Assembly (NCBI RefSeq): GCF_009914755.1
Contig: NC_060933.1
Source of the DNA: the human T2T-CHM13v2.0 reference genome, Homo sapiens
Direction: 5' to 3' (one strand)
DNA length: 64,000 nt
Position numbers and translations under genes: made by a program. Numbering within the stretch: position 1 is the first letter of the stretch; every line of letters starts with the position of its first letter. This document shows positions 51,159-64,000 of the stretch, piece by piece. Below the pieces are notes generated by a model. That model was given only the letters and a program-made list of their open reading frames with translations. It searched no databases and had not been told where the DNA came from.

Positions 51159-53509
51159 TCACCTCCTGTTCTTAAAGTGGCCATTGCAACTCCAGTCCAT
51201 CGCATGCACACTTCAGACAGAAAGAGGGAGGAAAGGAGAGGACAAAAGAAACCTACTAGCTGAGTCAGCCCCCCCTTTGAGGAGCTTTCCTGAAAGCCCC
51301 ATTCAACAACTTTCTCCATCTAGAACTTAGTCACTGGCTATCCCAAAGGCAAAGGTGGCACAGCAATGTCATTCTCTTGGCTGGGCATATTGCCAGCCCC
51401 AATCAAATTGGGGTTCTGTAATGAGGAAGCAGGAGAGAATGGATATTAGGGAGGCAATTAGTTACTGCTATGGTAAGGAAGAGTCATCAAAGTAGAGAAG
51501 CTAGACCCAGACCCAATGAAATACTAACAAGTAAGAGACTAACAAAGGTAGAGAATACCATGGAGAAGATAGAGGAGTAGCAGATAGAAGGTAGGGGCAA
51601 AACTATTAAAGGGGGGGATCAAGGAATCCAGAGGAAAAGAACATTTCAAGATCACGATGTTGATGCTGCTGCCATGCGATTTTATAAATAAGGGCCACCT
51701 CTAAGGTGAAAAATGTCACAACCTTCCTGTAGAAATTCCCCTTACTCCCCAAAAGCCAAACACCCCAGATGTGGGAGAAGTTTCTGAGTCAACTAGGAAG
51801 GAAGAAGTCGGACATGATCTGTCCCATGTGGTCTTCTCCCAGGACCAGGCAGATATTGCTAATCAATAGTGACACTCTATTCAGGGCATCTCCCCAGGCC
51901 TCACTGTTTTCTTCCATTTCCATCCTAAGTGGCACTAGAGAAAAAAAAATCTTCATCAAGATCCCTTTATTAGACATCAAGGTCTCATCCAGCTTCACCC
52001 TATTAAGGTTCTCTGGAGGTTCTGTAGTTGTCGGCCAAGCTTTGTCTTTATTTGTGAGAGGAGCAAATTTTTTCTTATAAATGAATTTGAAAAGGAAGAG
52101 ATTTTTCTTTTTGGAGATAAGTATTGTATAATAATGACAGATTGCGTAATGAATTTCCTGAGGCAAATGATATTGACAAGGAATACTGAGAACACCGAAA
52201 ATTCAATTTCCACATCAGGAAGAAAGGACTTACCCCACCCATGACCCTGTGTGTTGGGATAGCTTGGAAGTTTGTACGTGGTAATTTTGTGCTGCTCTAT
52301 AAATGCAGGCTTTCCTATTTCTTTAAGCAAACCTATATTTCCCCAGTGCAAGAGCCTCTTTGCTGGTCTAGAGAAGGTTTCATTCTGGGAGGGGTTTCTT
52401 ACCGCTTGGGACCAAAATAGGATGACAGTATCTAGTTGTTCCTTTTCAATTACAGATAATTTTGCCCACCACACTTTAGAAGTGGGACCTGCCTATAAAG
52501 TTGCATTGCAAATCAACCATCCTCAGTATGCTGGCTTCTGGGGAGATTTAGATGTAAGCTTATACCTCTTGGGTCTCATTCATCCTCTTATCCATGGAAA
52601 CTAACCAAAAGCCAGGAGTTTCATGTACTTTCATTGAATGAAAATGAAAAATTTCTTGAATCTGTGTCATATTAGGGGCTTCACATGGCAAGGAGAGGGG
52701 TGAAGAGAAGCCATTCCCATAAAAAACATGCACTGAAAAGACATATGCCTTGCGAAACTCCATGGGGAAACCCTTTCTAATTCAGCAGGAAGATTTGGAA
52801 GCCCGATGGACTTGTTTATGTTACATGATATGAAGTACCTTGTTGTCTGGCAACTGGGGGCCCATATACTTTATGGAAATGGATTGTTCATGACATGTAC
52901 ACATTGCAAGTTAGTAAATACTTATTAAGACATTGGACTGAAACTGTGGACTGTGCCTTGTACAAGCTGGTAACTAGAGGTCTCTGGACCACCAGTGCTG
53001 CCCTTCTGCAGGTGGCTCTGTAACCCTTTATCTTCATGTTGCCCCACTTACCACCCTTTGGCAGGATTTACCAGTAATATTTGATAGCATCCTCTGAGCC
53101 CAAGCCTGTGGGGTCTCTGACAGCAGTCAGTAACCAAAGTGCAGGTGAAATAATCTTATTTTGTATTCCTTGATTCTAAGTTGCACCATAGATTTGCTAA
53201 CATCCTTTTAGGGAGTGGGGAGGTGCACTATAGATCAATTGTAAGACATGCCCTAATTTTAGAAATCTTGACATGTTTAAAAGTCTTTTAGATTTGAGGC
53301 ACTGCAGTAGAAAAATTAATCAGATTATTGTGTTATCAGTAGAAATAATATTTGTGGAGAAGCCCAAATGAAAGTCCATATAGATTTATCCATACCTTCA
53401 GGATCCCACTATAAGGAAAAGGAAGAAAAGGTTGTTTTCCTGCTGTAAGAAAATGATATTATGAAAAGATAAATTAATAAAGGAGGCAGAAAAGGAAATA
53501 TTTGGAGAC

Positions 53510-53720
53510 AGCCTGGTGCAGGGGAAAAGGCATGGACTTTGTGCCTCAGCTTGGTTTACTAGCTGTTTCCTTGAACTGGTGAATTAATTTTTGTCAATCT
53601 CTGTTTCCTTATTTGTAAAGTGGCAATTTCTACATCATAGGATCATTTGACAGGCTTAAGGGAGAAGAACATGTGTGAAGAATCTAGTACCCAGAGTACA
53701 ACAAATGTTAGTCATTTTTG
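53510..53720 (+). mobile_element. MIR
   Basis: catggacttt...ctctgtttccttatttgtaaagtgg...caaatgttag. Confidence 0.75.
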
Positions 53721-54458
53721 AATCTTTGTTTCTTACCAGATGACTTGAGCTGAAGTCTGAAAAGTTATGTTCATCATTTTATTAAAAATATGATTAATAT
53801 AATTAGCGATTTATTAAACAACACAAAATAATAGTAAAATTGGAAACTTCAAACAGAAGATGAGAATACTTTATGTGAGTCATAAATATTTGTGATTTTT
53901 TTCTTACATAGTTTCAGATCAGACCATTCTCTGCCAGAAGTAATCAGTAGATTTATAAATCATTGTGAATCTGATTAATTGAGAAAAAAACTCAGATATT
54001 AATAGTCCCAAAGATTAAAAAATCATTTTACATTTAAGGAGTGCTATATTATTTATTTTCTAATAACACGATCAACTTTGAGAACCCCATACCCATTGTA
54101 TTTTCTATACATTTTGAGAAATTTGACTTTTTCATTTTTTTGAAAGTCTTTGATATGCAAAGAAAATAACACTCCTTCAAAATGTAAGCTGATGGCTTAT
54201 ACATAATTGAGGATGCAGTTCCACAGAGGCATCTTCTCTCCACGATAGAAATCTGTTCTTTGCAGAAACTTCATGAACATTTGCTGGATGCTTTGCATGT
54301 ATTATTGTCCAGGCTGCTTTGATTATCTAGTAGATCCCAGAGATGACTGTCATAGCATAAAAAGACATGCCCATAGCAGTAGAGCAGGCACTAGGGAGAA
54401 TAGATCCAGTCACAGATACTTGGAAGATCTTCTACATAGGGGGCAGAAGTTGGTGTCA

Positions 54459-55150
<692 letters not shown>

Positions 55151-55747
55151 ACAGCAGGACCTGATCCAGGGAGGCAGACAGTTAAGGCATTCAGAAAATT
55201 GAGTGGGAAGATCCTCGTTTGAGTTCAGGGACTAGACTTCAGCCCTGGGAAGGAAGCTGCCAAAAAGAAGCAGTGTCCTTGTCTTAGATATGCAAGGCAC
55301 TAAGCTCTAAACAAAAGACAGACGTAGGCATTGCTGTCAGACCTGCGTCATCAGATTTCAGCCAGAATCACATCAGGAGTAAATATGCCAGATTCCACTT
55401 GAAATGATGATTAGCCTTGGGTAAGAACCAGAGGAGCTTAGCTGTGAGGAGGGAGACTGCTTAGCATGGCTAGCCAGGATGGGCCCAGCACTAAAAGCAC
55501 AAAGTTGTAGACTTTAACGTCAAAGGGCCAATTAAAGTGAAACGAATGAGGCCTGTTCTCATATCAGCACTGAAAACGTGCTGCTGGTCTGTTACCTGAA
55601 CAAATATCTTCTCTGATCCATATTGGAAAAAAGTAAGAAGGCAATATACATTTCTCTCTGTCTCTGCAATAACTAAAAACTCCTGCCTTTGATGATGAGA
55701 ACAGAAATTAGCAATTAACATGACCATTTACAAAGCATCTTTATATA

Positions 55748-56569
55748 TAGTCATGCACTGCATAATGTTTTGATCAACGATGGGCATATATGATGGTAGT
55801 CCCATAACATAATAAAACTGAAAATTCCCTATAGCCTAGTGACGTTGTGATGATTCTGATCCTGTATAGGCCCTAGGCTAATGTGAATGTTTGTGTCTTT
55901 GTTTTTAACAAAAAGTTTGAAAAGTAAAAAATGTTACAATATTTAAATCATAAAAAACCTCATTAATAATAAGGATATAAGGAAAGAAAATATTTTATAC
56001 AGTACCGTACAGTGTGTTTGTGTTTTAAGCTAACAGTTGTTACATAAGAGTCAAATGTTAAAATTTTTTTTAATTTATAAAGTAAAAAGGTTATAGTAAA
56101 CGAAGGTTAATTCATTATTGAAAAAAGAAAAATATTTTATATAAATTCAGAATAGCCTAAGTATACAGTGTTTGTAAGTCTACAGTAGTGTACAGTAATA
56201 GCCTAGTCCTTCACATTCCCTCCCTGCTGACTCACTGACTCACCCACACCACTTGCAAGTTAGTGCCCTATACAGATGTACTATTTCTTATCTTTTATGC
56301 TGTATTTTTACTATATCTTGTCTATGTTTAGGTGTGTTTAGATACACAAGTACTTATCATTGTGTTTCAATTGCCTACAGTATTCAGTACAGTAACATAC
56401 TGTTACAGGTTTGTAGCCTAGGAGTAATAGGCTGTCTCATATAGCTTACATGTGTAGTAGGCTCTCCATCTAGGTTCATGAAGTACACTCTATAATACCT
56501 GCATAATGACAAAATCACCCAATGATGATTTCTCAGAACCTATCTTCATCGTTTAGTGATGCATGACTG
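55748..56569. mobile_element. Tigger3/MER7-type TcMar-Tigger deletion derivative
   Basis: TIRs (t)agtcatgcactgcataa / tttagtgatgcatgactg, with TA on both flanks. Confidence 0.88.
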
Positions 56570-57794
56570 TACATCATTTTATCAGGTTCTCACAACAGCC
56601 CTATAGATATGAAGTCATATCTCACTTCAGTTTTACAGTCTAAAGTCAGCACAAAACGTGAAAATTATACATTGTCAAAATTGCTCTTAAGAGTTCCTTA
56701 AATTACAGAGTACAGTGTACATGGTTTTATACGTATTATGCCATTTTTATGTACAACACGGCCAATTTTTCTTTCTGCATGGAAGTATATACTTATTTAA
56801 ACATTAGATGAAATAGACTCCATTTAGTGGCTATTCATATGAAAAACATATTTCGTATGTGTGTGTGTTGTACTAGTGGTTGGGTTGTTTTTAGTTGGTT
56901 TGTTTTTTTCTAAGTACATTGATTTTCCACATATTGAATGTATATGTAAAGTGGCTCTCTTCTTTTATTAGTCTCATTTTGAAAATAAAGAAGCCAGTGA
57001 TTCAGTTTATGTGTGTGTCATAAGGTTTTAAACCTAGGTTATAATTTACAAATCCTGAGTAGGGTCCACTGTACCACACAGTCACCCCAGCATGATTATC
57101 ACACCTGAAGGACGGGGCATTCGGCATTCATTAGCTAACAGAATTCCATGGGTGCCAAGAAGCCCCTTGTGACTTGTGCCCTGACCATGCTGCCACAGTG
57201 ATGGTGTGGGACTTAGACCTACCATGCTGTGCCATGGCTATTGGAAGTTATCGATACATTGAGTTCTGGCCATGCAGATGTGTCCAGCGATTGAACATGA
57301 CTTCAAGACTCAGTTATTTATGGCTTGGCTTCACTTAAACAGAAAAGCTTTTTCTGTTGTTTTCTGATGCCTGCATGTGACAAGGAGACATGTTCAGACC
57401 CCAGGGCACGTGGAGTCTGTACTTTTTGGCAAGATGGCTTAATGATTGTTTTTGATTGCTGACTTACTTTTTAAAAAAATCTATTTGGAAGTTTATGGCC
57501 CTTTTCTGACCCTTTATAAAGATTTTATCATCTCTAATAAATGTCTAGTAAATCAGTTCCAATTGCCTAGGCAGCCATATTTGAAGTGGATCCTTCCCTC
57601 TCCTCCTGATGCCATTTCTCCAACACTGCGGTTGGTAAATCTCCCCCAGATCCCTGGCCTGATGCATCACAGTCAACCTCCCAATCCCCCTGTGATTTCT
57701 GCCCTTCTTTGCCTTTTTCTCATTTGTTTTGTTTACTCTAACATCTCTGAAGCACTGCTTGGTATTCTTATTGGTTTTAAAAGATGAGAAAAGG

Positions 57795-58003
57795 GAGTAT
57801 GTCAGCAAGAGTGGTGGAGTAAGGACCTCAGAGAATCCTCTCCCCATAAAAGCAATGAGAACAGCAAAAGAAATGGTCAAAATCAACTTTTTAAGAGCTC
57901 TGGAAATTAACCAAAGGCTTATAACATTCAGGAGCATGTATTCAAGAAAAATGAAGGAATACTGTTAAAACACTGAACTTTATGGTGTTCTGCATTATTC
58001 CCA
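57795..58003 (+). mobile_element. Old L1M 5'-end (5'UTR) segment
   Basis: ggagtaagg...ccccataaaagcaatgagaaca...gtcaaaatcaactttttaagagctctggaaattaaccaaaggctt resembles L1M4/L1MD 5' ends. Confidence 0.65.
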
Positions 58004-58004
58004 T

Positions 58005-59725
58005 TTTGATATTTAAATATATATGGAAATACAAGGGACCCAGAATAGTCAAAATGATCTTGAAAATGAGTATAGGTCGGAGGTCTCATACTTCCCAATT
58101 TCAAAACTTACTACACAGCTACAGTAAGGAGGACTCTGTGGTACTGGCATAAGAATAAACATAGATCAATAGAATCGAATTGAGAAGTCCAGAAATAAAC
58201 CCCACATCTATCCTCAACTGATTTCAACAATGGTGGCAAGAAAATTCAACGGGCAAAAATTAGATCAAAGATCTAAACGTAAAAGCTGAAACAATAAAAC
58301 TCTGAGAAAAAAAACATAGCTGTAAATCTTCGTGACCTTAAATTTGAGAATGGCTTCTTAGCTACGATGCCAAAGGCAGAAAAAAAAAAACTAAAAATAG
58401 AAAATTAAACTTCATCAAAATTTAAAAATTTTATACTTCAAAGGATACCATAAAAAAGGTGAAAAGACGGCCAGGAGTGGTGGCTCACTCCTGTAATCCT
58501 AGCACTTTGGGAGGCCGAGGCGGGCAGACTGCCTGAGCTCAGGAGTTCGAGACCAGTCTGGGCAACATGGTGAAACCCCGTCTGTACTAAAATACAAAAA
58601 ATTAGCAGGGCGTGGCAGCGTACACCTGTAGTCCCAGCTAATCAGGAGACTGAGGTAGGAGAATTGCTTGAGCCCAGGAGGTGGAGGTTGCAGTGAGCCG
58701 AGATCACGCCACTGCATTCCAGCCTGGGCGGCACAGCAAGACTCCGTCTCCATTTAAAAAAAAAAAAAGGTGAAAAGACAAAGCACAGAATGGGAAAAAG
58801 TATTTGCAAATTTTCTATTCGATAAGATCTATTATCCAGAATGTATAAAACCTCTTATAACTCAACAATAAAAAGACAACCCAATTTTTAAAATGGACAA
58901 ACGATTTGAACAGACATTTTTCCAAAGTAGATGTACATTAATGGCCAATAAGCATATGAAAGATGCTCTACATAATTAGTCACTTGAGAAATGCAAATCA
59001 AAAGCATAATCAGAGATCAATTCACATCAATTCACTAAAATTAAAAAAAAGATGGGCAATAACAAGTGTTGGTGAGGATGTGGAGAAATTGGAACTCTCA
59101 TACATTGCTGGTGGAAATGTAAATGATGCAACCACTTGAGAAAGCAGTTTGGCAGTTCTTCAAAAAGCTAAACATAGAATTTCCATGTGGCCTAACAATT
59201 CCACTCCTAGGCATACACCTAGGAGAAGTGAAATTTTTATATACAAAAACACTTGCATAAAAATGTTAATGGCAGGATTATTCATAATAGTCAAAAAGGA
59301 GAGGCAATCCAAATGTCCATCAACTAATGAATGAATAAATAAAATGTGGTAATCCATAAAATAGAATATTAGCCCCCAAAAAGAATGAAATTCTAATATA
59401 TGCTACAACATGGATGAACCTTGAAAATATGCCAGGTGAAAGAAGCTAGTCACAAAGGGACACATATTATATAATTCTATTTATATAAAGTTTCCAGAAT
59501 AGGCAAGTTCAGGCAGACAGAAAGTAGATTTGTAGTTTCCAGATGCTAGGGGTGGGGAGAATGAGGGATGACTGCTAATGGATACAGGGTTTCCTTTTGG
59601 GGTTATGGTGAAAATGTTCTGGAATTAGATAGTGGTGATGGTGCACAAATTTATGAACATGCTAAAAACCTCTGAATTGTATTAAAAGGGTGAATTCTAT
59701 GGAATGCGAATTATGTCTAAAGTTA
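58005..59725 (+). mobile_element. L1MB-type ORF2 3' part plus 3'UTR, interrupted by an Alu
   Basis: atatggaaatacaagggacccagaatag...acaagtgttggtgaggatgtggagaaattggaac...gaaaatgttctggaattagatagtggtgatgg. Confidence 0.9.
58469..58762 (+). mobile_element. AluS inside L1MB
   Basis: Perfect 17-bp TSD aaaaaaggtgaaaagac at 58452-58468 and 58763-58779. Confidence 0.97.
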
Positions 59726-60019
59726 ACTTCCAAATATCAATTTGATTAAGATGGAATAAATAAAACATTTTTTTACACCCAAAGAAAACTTCGTTAATTC
59801 ACTCGGTGGTAAAATGATTCTTTTTAAGTAAAAAGAACTCACAGATTTATTCTAGAATAGCAATTTTCTTAGTGACAAGGCAGGGAAAGGCAACATCCTT
59901 GACATTAATATCTTCCTCATCCTATATTTTCTAAAACTTCTTCAAAATATACCGTGTTCCTTCTAGTTCAATTTAGCTATAACGTGACCACAAAATATAC
60001 CCCTACACTGAAGCCACAA

Positions 60020-60285
60020 GCAGAGATAACAAGTAGTTTCAACTCAAGTGCCAACTCAGATTGATTGGTAGTGGTTACATGCAGCACTATGTTTAGAAGG
60101 ATTCTAAGGCTGTATCCAGAGCAGGCCTGGAAAACGTAGTGATTAATTTAGAAAATTAGTCTTGAAGTTGGCAGTGATAGTGGAGGTGGGCGGTGCTTGG
60201 GCTAATGATTAGGTCTAGGAAAATGCATCATTCTGCTGAGTGGATTGCATCCAATCAGCTGGGTAGATACATCTTTGCATGGACT
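60020..60285 (+). mobile_element. MER103C-like hAT element
   Basis: gtgccaactcagattgattggtagtgg...agaaggattctaaggctgtatccag. Confidence 0.7.
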
Positions 60286-60775
60286 GTAATGCTGCTAAGA
60301 GGCACGTTCACATGGCGTGACCTAAAAACAAATATGAGATCTTTAATTTAAATGCAAAATTCCAATATTTTAAAATAACCCACATTTATGGCTAAGATGT
60401 CAAAATCACTCAATGAATAGCACCGACTTTCATCACACAGAATAAAATCTAGGTATTTTAAATAGTACATTTTATATAGTGTGTGCTCTCAAAGGTTCTT
60501 GACAAGAGAACATTAGCATAAGCTTATAGTAAAATCTGATCAGGTGAGAGAGAATGTCAAGAGAATTTTTTTATGGCACTCACTGAAAAGCCAAGATAAT
60601 CACCAGCAGATGGACTCTGTGCACCTGCTTTAACACACATTCACTTAAATTCGAGTTGTACCTTCCAGCAGAACCGTTGCCTACCTCCTTTACATGCTAC
60701 AGGAGCCTGCACTTTCTTTGGTAGATGAGAGGTGGCTGGAGAATGAACCCTATTTACCTGTCCATACATTGTAAG

Positions 60776-60955
60776 TCAGCAGTTCTCAAAGACCAGTAGC
60801 AACAGTATCACCTGGAACATCCAAGAAATGCAATCTGTTAGAAATGCAGCATCACCCCAGCTCTACTGGATTGGAAACTCAAGGGGTGGGCCTGGGGATG
60901 TGTATTTGAACAAGATATCCAGGTGACTCTGGGCTCAACTTTAAGAGCATTGCTT
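60776..60955 (+). mobile_element. MER5A
   Basis: cagcagttctcaaa...tcacctggaa...tgttagaaatgcag...ggggtgggcc...ccaggtgactct. Confidence 0.8.
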
Positions 60956-62089
60956 TGAGTTGTCCCTTTCTGGAGTGGGGAAAGGAAAAGGGGAGGGAGA
61001 GAAAAGGGGAGGCTGGGGAAGTACCCAGGGAAAATTGAGCCTCCCATGGCAGCAAAGTTGGTATTTGATATGAATGTTGATAGGACATAGCAAGGTCTTT
61101 ATTTGTTTCTTTCCTCTTTTATACTCCATGTCCAACTCTCTACTTCTTCGGAAAAGGTTTGAGGTACTCACGTGATCTCCCCCAATCCAGCCTGCTTGAA
61201 GTCCCTTCTTTTGGGGCAGTAGCAAAGAGTGGGGAAAGAGGATGGTGCTAATACATTCCTCATGCCACAAGAAGCAGCACTTTTTATCCAAAAAGGGTTG
61301 GCCTCAAGAGCCCCAGCTTAGAATAGTCAAACCCAACAAGGCCTTCACCTTGGAAATGCACGTGAAGCACTTAGAACAGCACTTGGGCCTGAGTTGCAGT
61401 GAGTGTCGCCTGTACGTGGGAGGTATGATGGTGTCAGCAATTGCTGCAAGGGCCAGATTTCTCCACAAGGGTGCCTGGGTTGGCATCTAGAAGCAATTGC
61501 TATCTGCACCCAGTGGGCGGTTGCTATGTTAAGAAGATTGCCAGGAAGAGTTAGATCTTGATCTTGAAATCCTTCAGTCGGCAAGAAAGGATCCCTGAAG
61601 ACAATGCCCTAACTGTGTCCCTCATGTGAGGATGGCCGTCATCTGAGCTCCAGTTAGCCTGTCGGTACTCGCCACGGATATAAGGATCCAGGCTGGGATG
61701 GGCATTTGAGACAACAAGCGTGGGAGGACAGGCTGAAGAACATCAAGCAAAACAAAGAGGCTTTTCAGATCCTTTCTCGTAAGAGTTTAGGGTTAGGGAG
61801 ACCGAAGTGCAGACACAGGGTGGTGGAAGCCACAGGACGAAAGACAGCAGGTTAAATGACAGCCATGAATGTGGGGCCCTCCGAGAAAGCATGAGAATCT
61901 GCAGGCCAGAAAGGCCCAGGAGGTCCCCAAAGACCCACAGGCAATTGGATCATTGACATAGGAAACCAGATGGCCAGAGGTGGGTTTGGAAGGCTCGAGT
62001 TAAGGTTCTTGGCTTCAATGCCCCACCAACTTTTATAGAAATGCTTTTCATATCTTGTACAGCCAGCAGAAAGCACTTGTCGATATTAG

Positions 62090-62250
62090 GAGGGTAGAGG
62101 GAGAAGGGAAGGAGAATGAACAGAGGAAAAGGAAAGGAGGAGGAGAAGGACGGGGAAAGGGGAATAAGAAGACAGAAGAGAGGAGGAAAAGGAGAAAGGA
62201 GGAAACAGGGAATCCGAAAGGAGAAGTGAGGATAGAGGAGAAGGAAGGAC
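62090..62250 (+). repeat. GA-rich purine low-complexity tract
   Basis: ~160 nt, almost entirely A/G. Confidence 0.85.
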
Positions 62251-62979
62251 AATTGCTAGTCCCAGAGTGTCCAGTGCTTTCCCAGCCCTGTGCTACATGT
62301 TTTGCAAGTGTTTCCTCATTTATTTCTCAGAACTATGAAATTTGGTCATGGAAGAGTCAAGGGAAGGAAGTCTTATTCCTAATTTAATAAAAAATAGCTT
62401 ACAATGTACTTTTTCTGCCTAGGTCCCAAGATCCAGGCTTAGGTAACCAAATCAATTCAGTCTACATAATGATGCAAGTTAAATGCAGATTGAAACATTA
62501 GGTAATGGGGAGAGCTATGTAAGGAGAAGGTTGAGTCCACCCAGTTATTCTGACTTCAGTCATGCCGCTCTTCTGATTCTGATGTCCCTCAGCCTGCAGA
62601 AACATATGCCTATGGGGACCAGGGAGATGAATGCAATGTGCTAAATGGGCCTGGTGTAAAAGAATAAAAAGCAGAGACACTCAGTGTGAGGAGTGAAGAG
62701 GGACTGATGGCAATTATGGCAAAGTGGAGACCACATGCCACCCTCTGAAGAGGCAGCACCACTCAGCTCCAGCCTGTTGTCATCATCTGGTAACATGGTC
62801 TCAGTGCTTTGTAATTTTTTCAAAAGAGGCCAGTGATCCAGTGTTCAGGCAACTTTCAGTGGGTTGACAAAATATATCTGCAGGTTTATCTGCCCAGAGA
62901 TTTACTTAACTGCAATTACGTATTTTTCCAGGTTGCAAACAAAAATTGATCCTTTTCCTATGTTCCTTTCTCTTTCCAG

Positions 62980-63251
62980 GCCATTACATTTATGTGGATA
63001 CCTCCTTTGGCAAGCAGGGGGAGAAAGCTGTGCTGCTAAGTCCTGACTTACAGGCTGAGGAATGGAGCTGCCTCCGTTTGGTCTACCAGATAACCACATC
63101 TTCGGAGTCTCTGTCAGATCCCAGCCAGCTGAACCTCTACATGAGATTTGAAGATGAAAGCTTTGATCGCTTGCTTTGGTCAGCTAAGGAACCTTCAGAC
63201 AGCTGGCTCATAGCCAGCTTGGATTTGCAAAACAGTTCCAAGAAATTCAAG
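62980..63251 (+). CDS. MAMDC2: Internal coding exon (272 nt; probably exon 3) of MAM domain-containing protein 2, covering most of MAM domain 1
   Basis: Translation (G)HYIYVDTSFGKQGEKAVLLSPDLQAEEWSCLRLVYQITTSSESLSDPSQLNLYMRFEDESFDRLLWSAKEPSDSWLIASLDLQNSSKKFK matches MAMDC2 as I recall it and carries MAM motifs (GHY.YVD, A.LLSP, CL...Y, W). Polypyrimidine tract plus CCAG acceptor ends at 62979; AAG|GTAGGT donor at 63251/63252. Phase 1 in, phase 0 out. Confidence 0.97.
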
Positions 63252-64000
63252 GTAGGTGGAGTTTAGGAGAAAGATATAAGGCCTATTATCTTTGCTTTAT
63301 ACTATTCTAAAATCTTATGAAAACTTCTGACATGGAGGTTAGTTATCTCCTGGATTATGACGTGATGTTTCATAAGATACATACCATAGAAGAATATTAG
63401 CAATGGAAATTAACATTTTGTTTATTCCTTAAAAGAGCTTCTTCCCAGATTTCTTTCCCATCTATTTAAATGAGCCTTCTGTAAAAATCTAAATGGGGCT
63501 TAAATCAACCTCTTCAATGAAAATAGATTTTCTATGGCTTTAGGGAGTATTCTCATTTCTATAATTTTATTTCATCCTTCTAAATTGTGTGTGCTATGTG
63601 TTTGTTTATCTTCTTAATCATTTCTTTGCTACAAATTTTGAACAAAAGATTATAATAAAAGGAAAGTGAAAATACTTTAAAAGAGAAAAGATACTTAAAG
63701 GACATGTTCCATTTCCTTTTCAAAGAGGGAAGTTGTTCCTTTGGGAGTCCTGGAAAAGGAAGGTAGCGAATGTAAGGTGAAGCTGGGTGTGGACTGGATA
63801 AGGAAGGAGGATGGGATCCAGACACACCTGGCCATGAAGTGTGATGTTTATTGAAAATATTTCATCGGGGACACAATGGAGCCATCATGAAAATATTCCC
63901 CATTCCTAATCCGTCTTTCAATTTCCTATCCCATCCCACTTCTTTGAAAGGCTTGAAATGCTTTACTCTCCAATACCCACTGTCTGCTTGGAGTCCTTCC
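63252..64000 (+). other. MAMDC2: Start of the next MAMDC2 intron
   Basis: Begins GTAGGT; the reading frame stops after four more codons. Confidence 0.92.

Larger units (their letters stand above)
50540..51470 (-). mobile_element. MLT1 MaLR LTR split by nested elements
   Basis: tggtttaaa...tcaggaacccagctcct...; aacttagtcactggcta...ggggttctgtaatgaggaagcaggagagaatggatattaggg. Confidence 0.75.

Noticed and set aside
51769-52763. Cluster of overlapping 67-159-aa ORFs as a possible pseudogene
   Set aside because: No recognisable protein family, poly-A tail or TSD. A tblastx search would be needed to exclude an ancient relic.
57400-57600. TATAAA followed by AATAAA, suggesting an LTR or promoter
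   Set aside because: No element boundaries or family could be recognised, and both motifs are common in AT-rich DNA.
62946-63266. ORF-track 106-aa ORF as a standalone gene
   Set aside because: It starts at an intronic TTG next to the pyrimidine tract and its last residues (VGGV) are intron read-through; only 62980-63251 is exon.

Overview
Primate, almost certainly human, genomic DNA: AT-rich, CpG-depleted and dense in Alu, L1, L2, MIR, MER and LTR relics. The only supportable coding sequence is one 272-nt internal exon at 62980-63251 (+). It encodes most of the first MAM domain of MAMDC2 (GHYIYVDTSFGKQGEKAVLLSPDL...LQNSSKKFK) and is flanked by canonical AG/GT. The first ~63 kb is the long intron upstream of that exon. 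All other six-frame ORFs look like repeat-derived or chance ORFs. I see no prokaryotic-type system, CRISPR array or novel protein-coding locus. The best leads are splicing-level and repair-scar features: a candidate in-frame 39-nt Alu-derived cassette exon (48225-48263), a textbook 321-nt sense mini-intron (32741-33061), a well-formed antisense exon (36755-36855), an inverted templated insertion inside an Alu, a perfect 3x16-bp E-box/TAAT repeat, and an internally deleted L1 that keeps both ends. Repeat subfamily names and boundaries come from recalled consensus sequences and are approximate unless a TSD or TIR is quoted.
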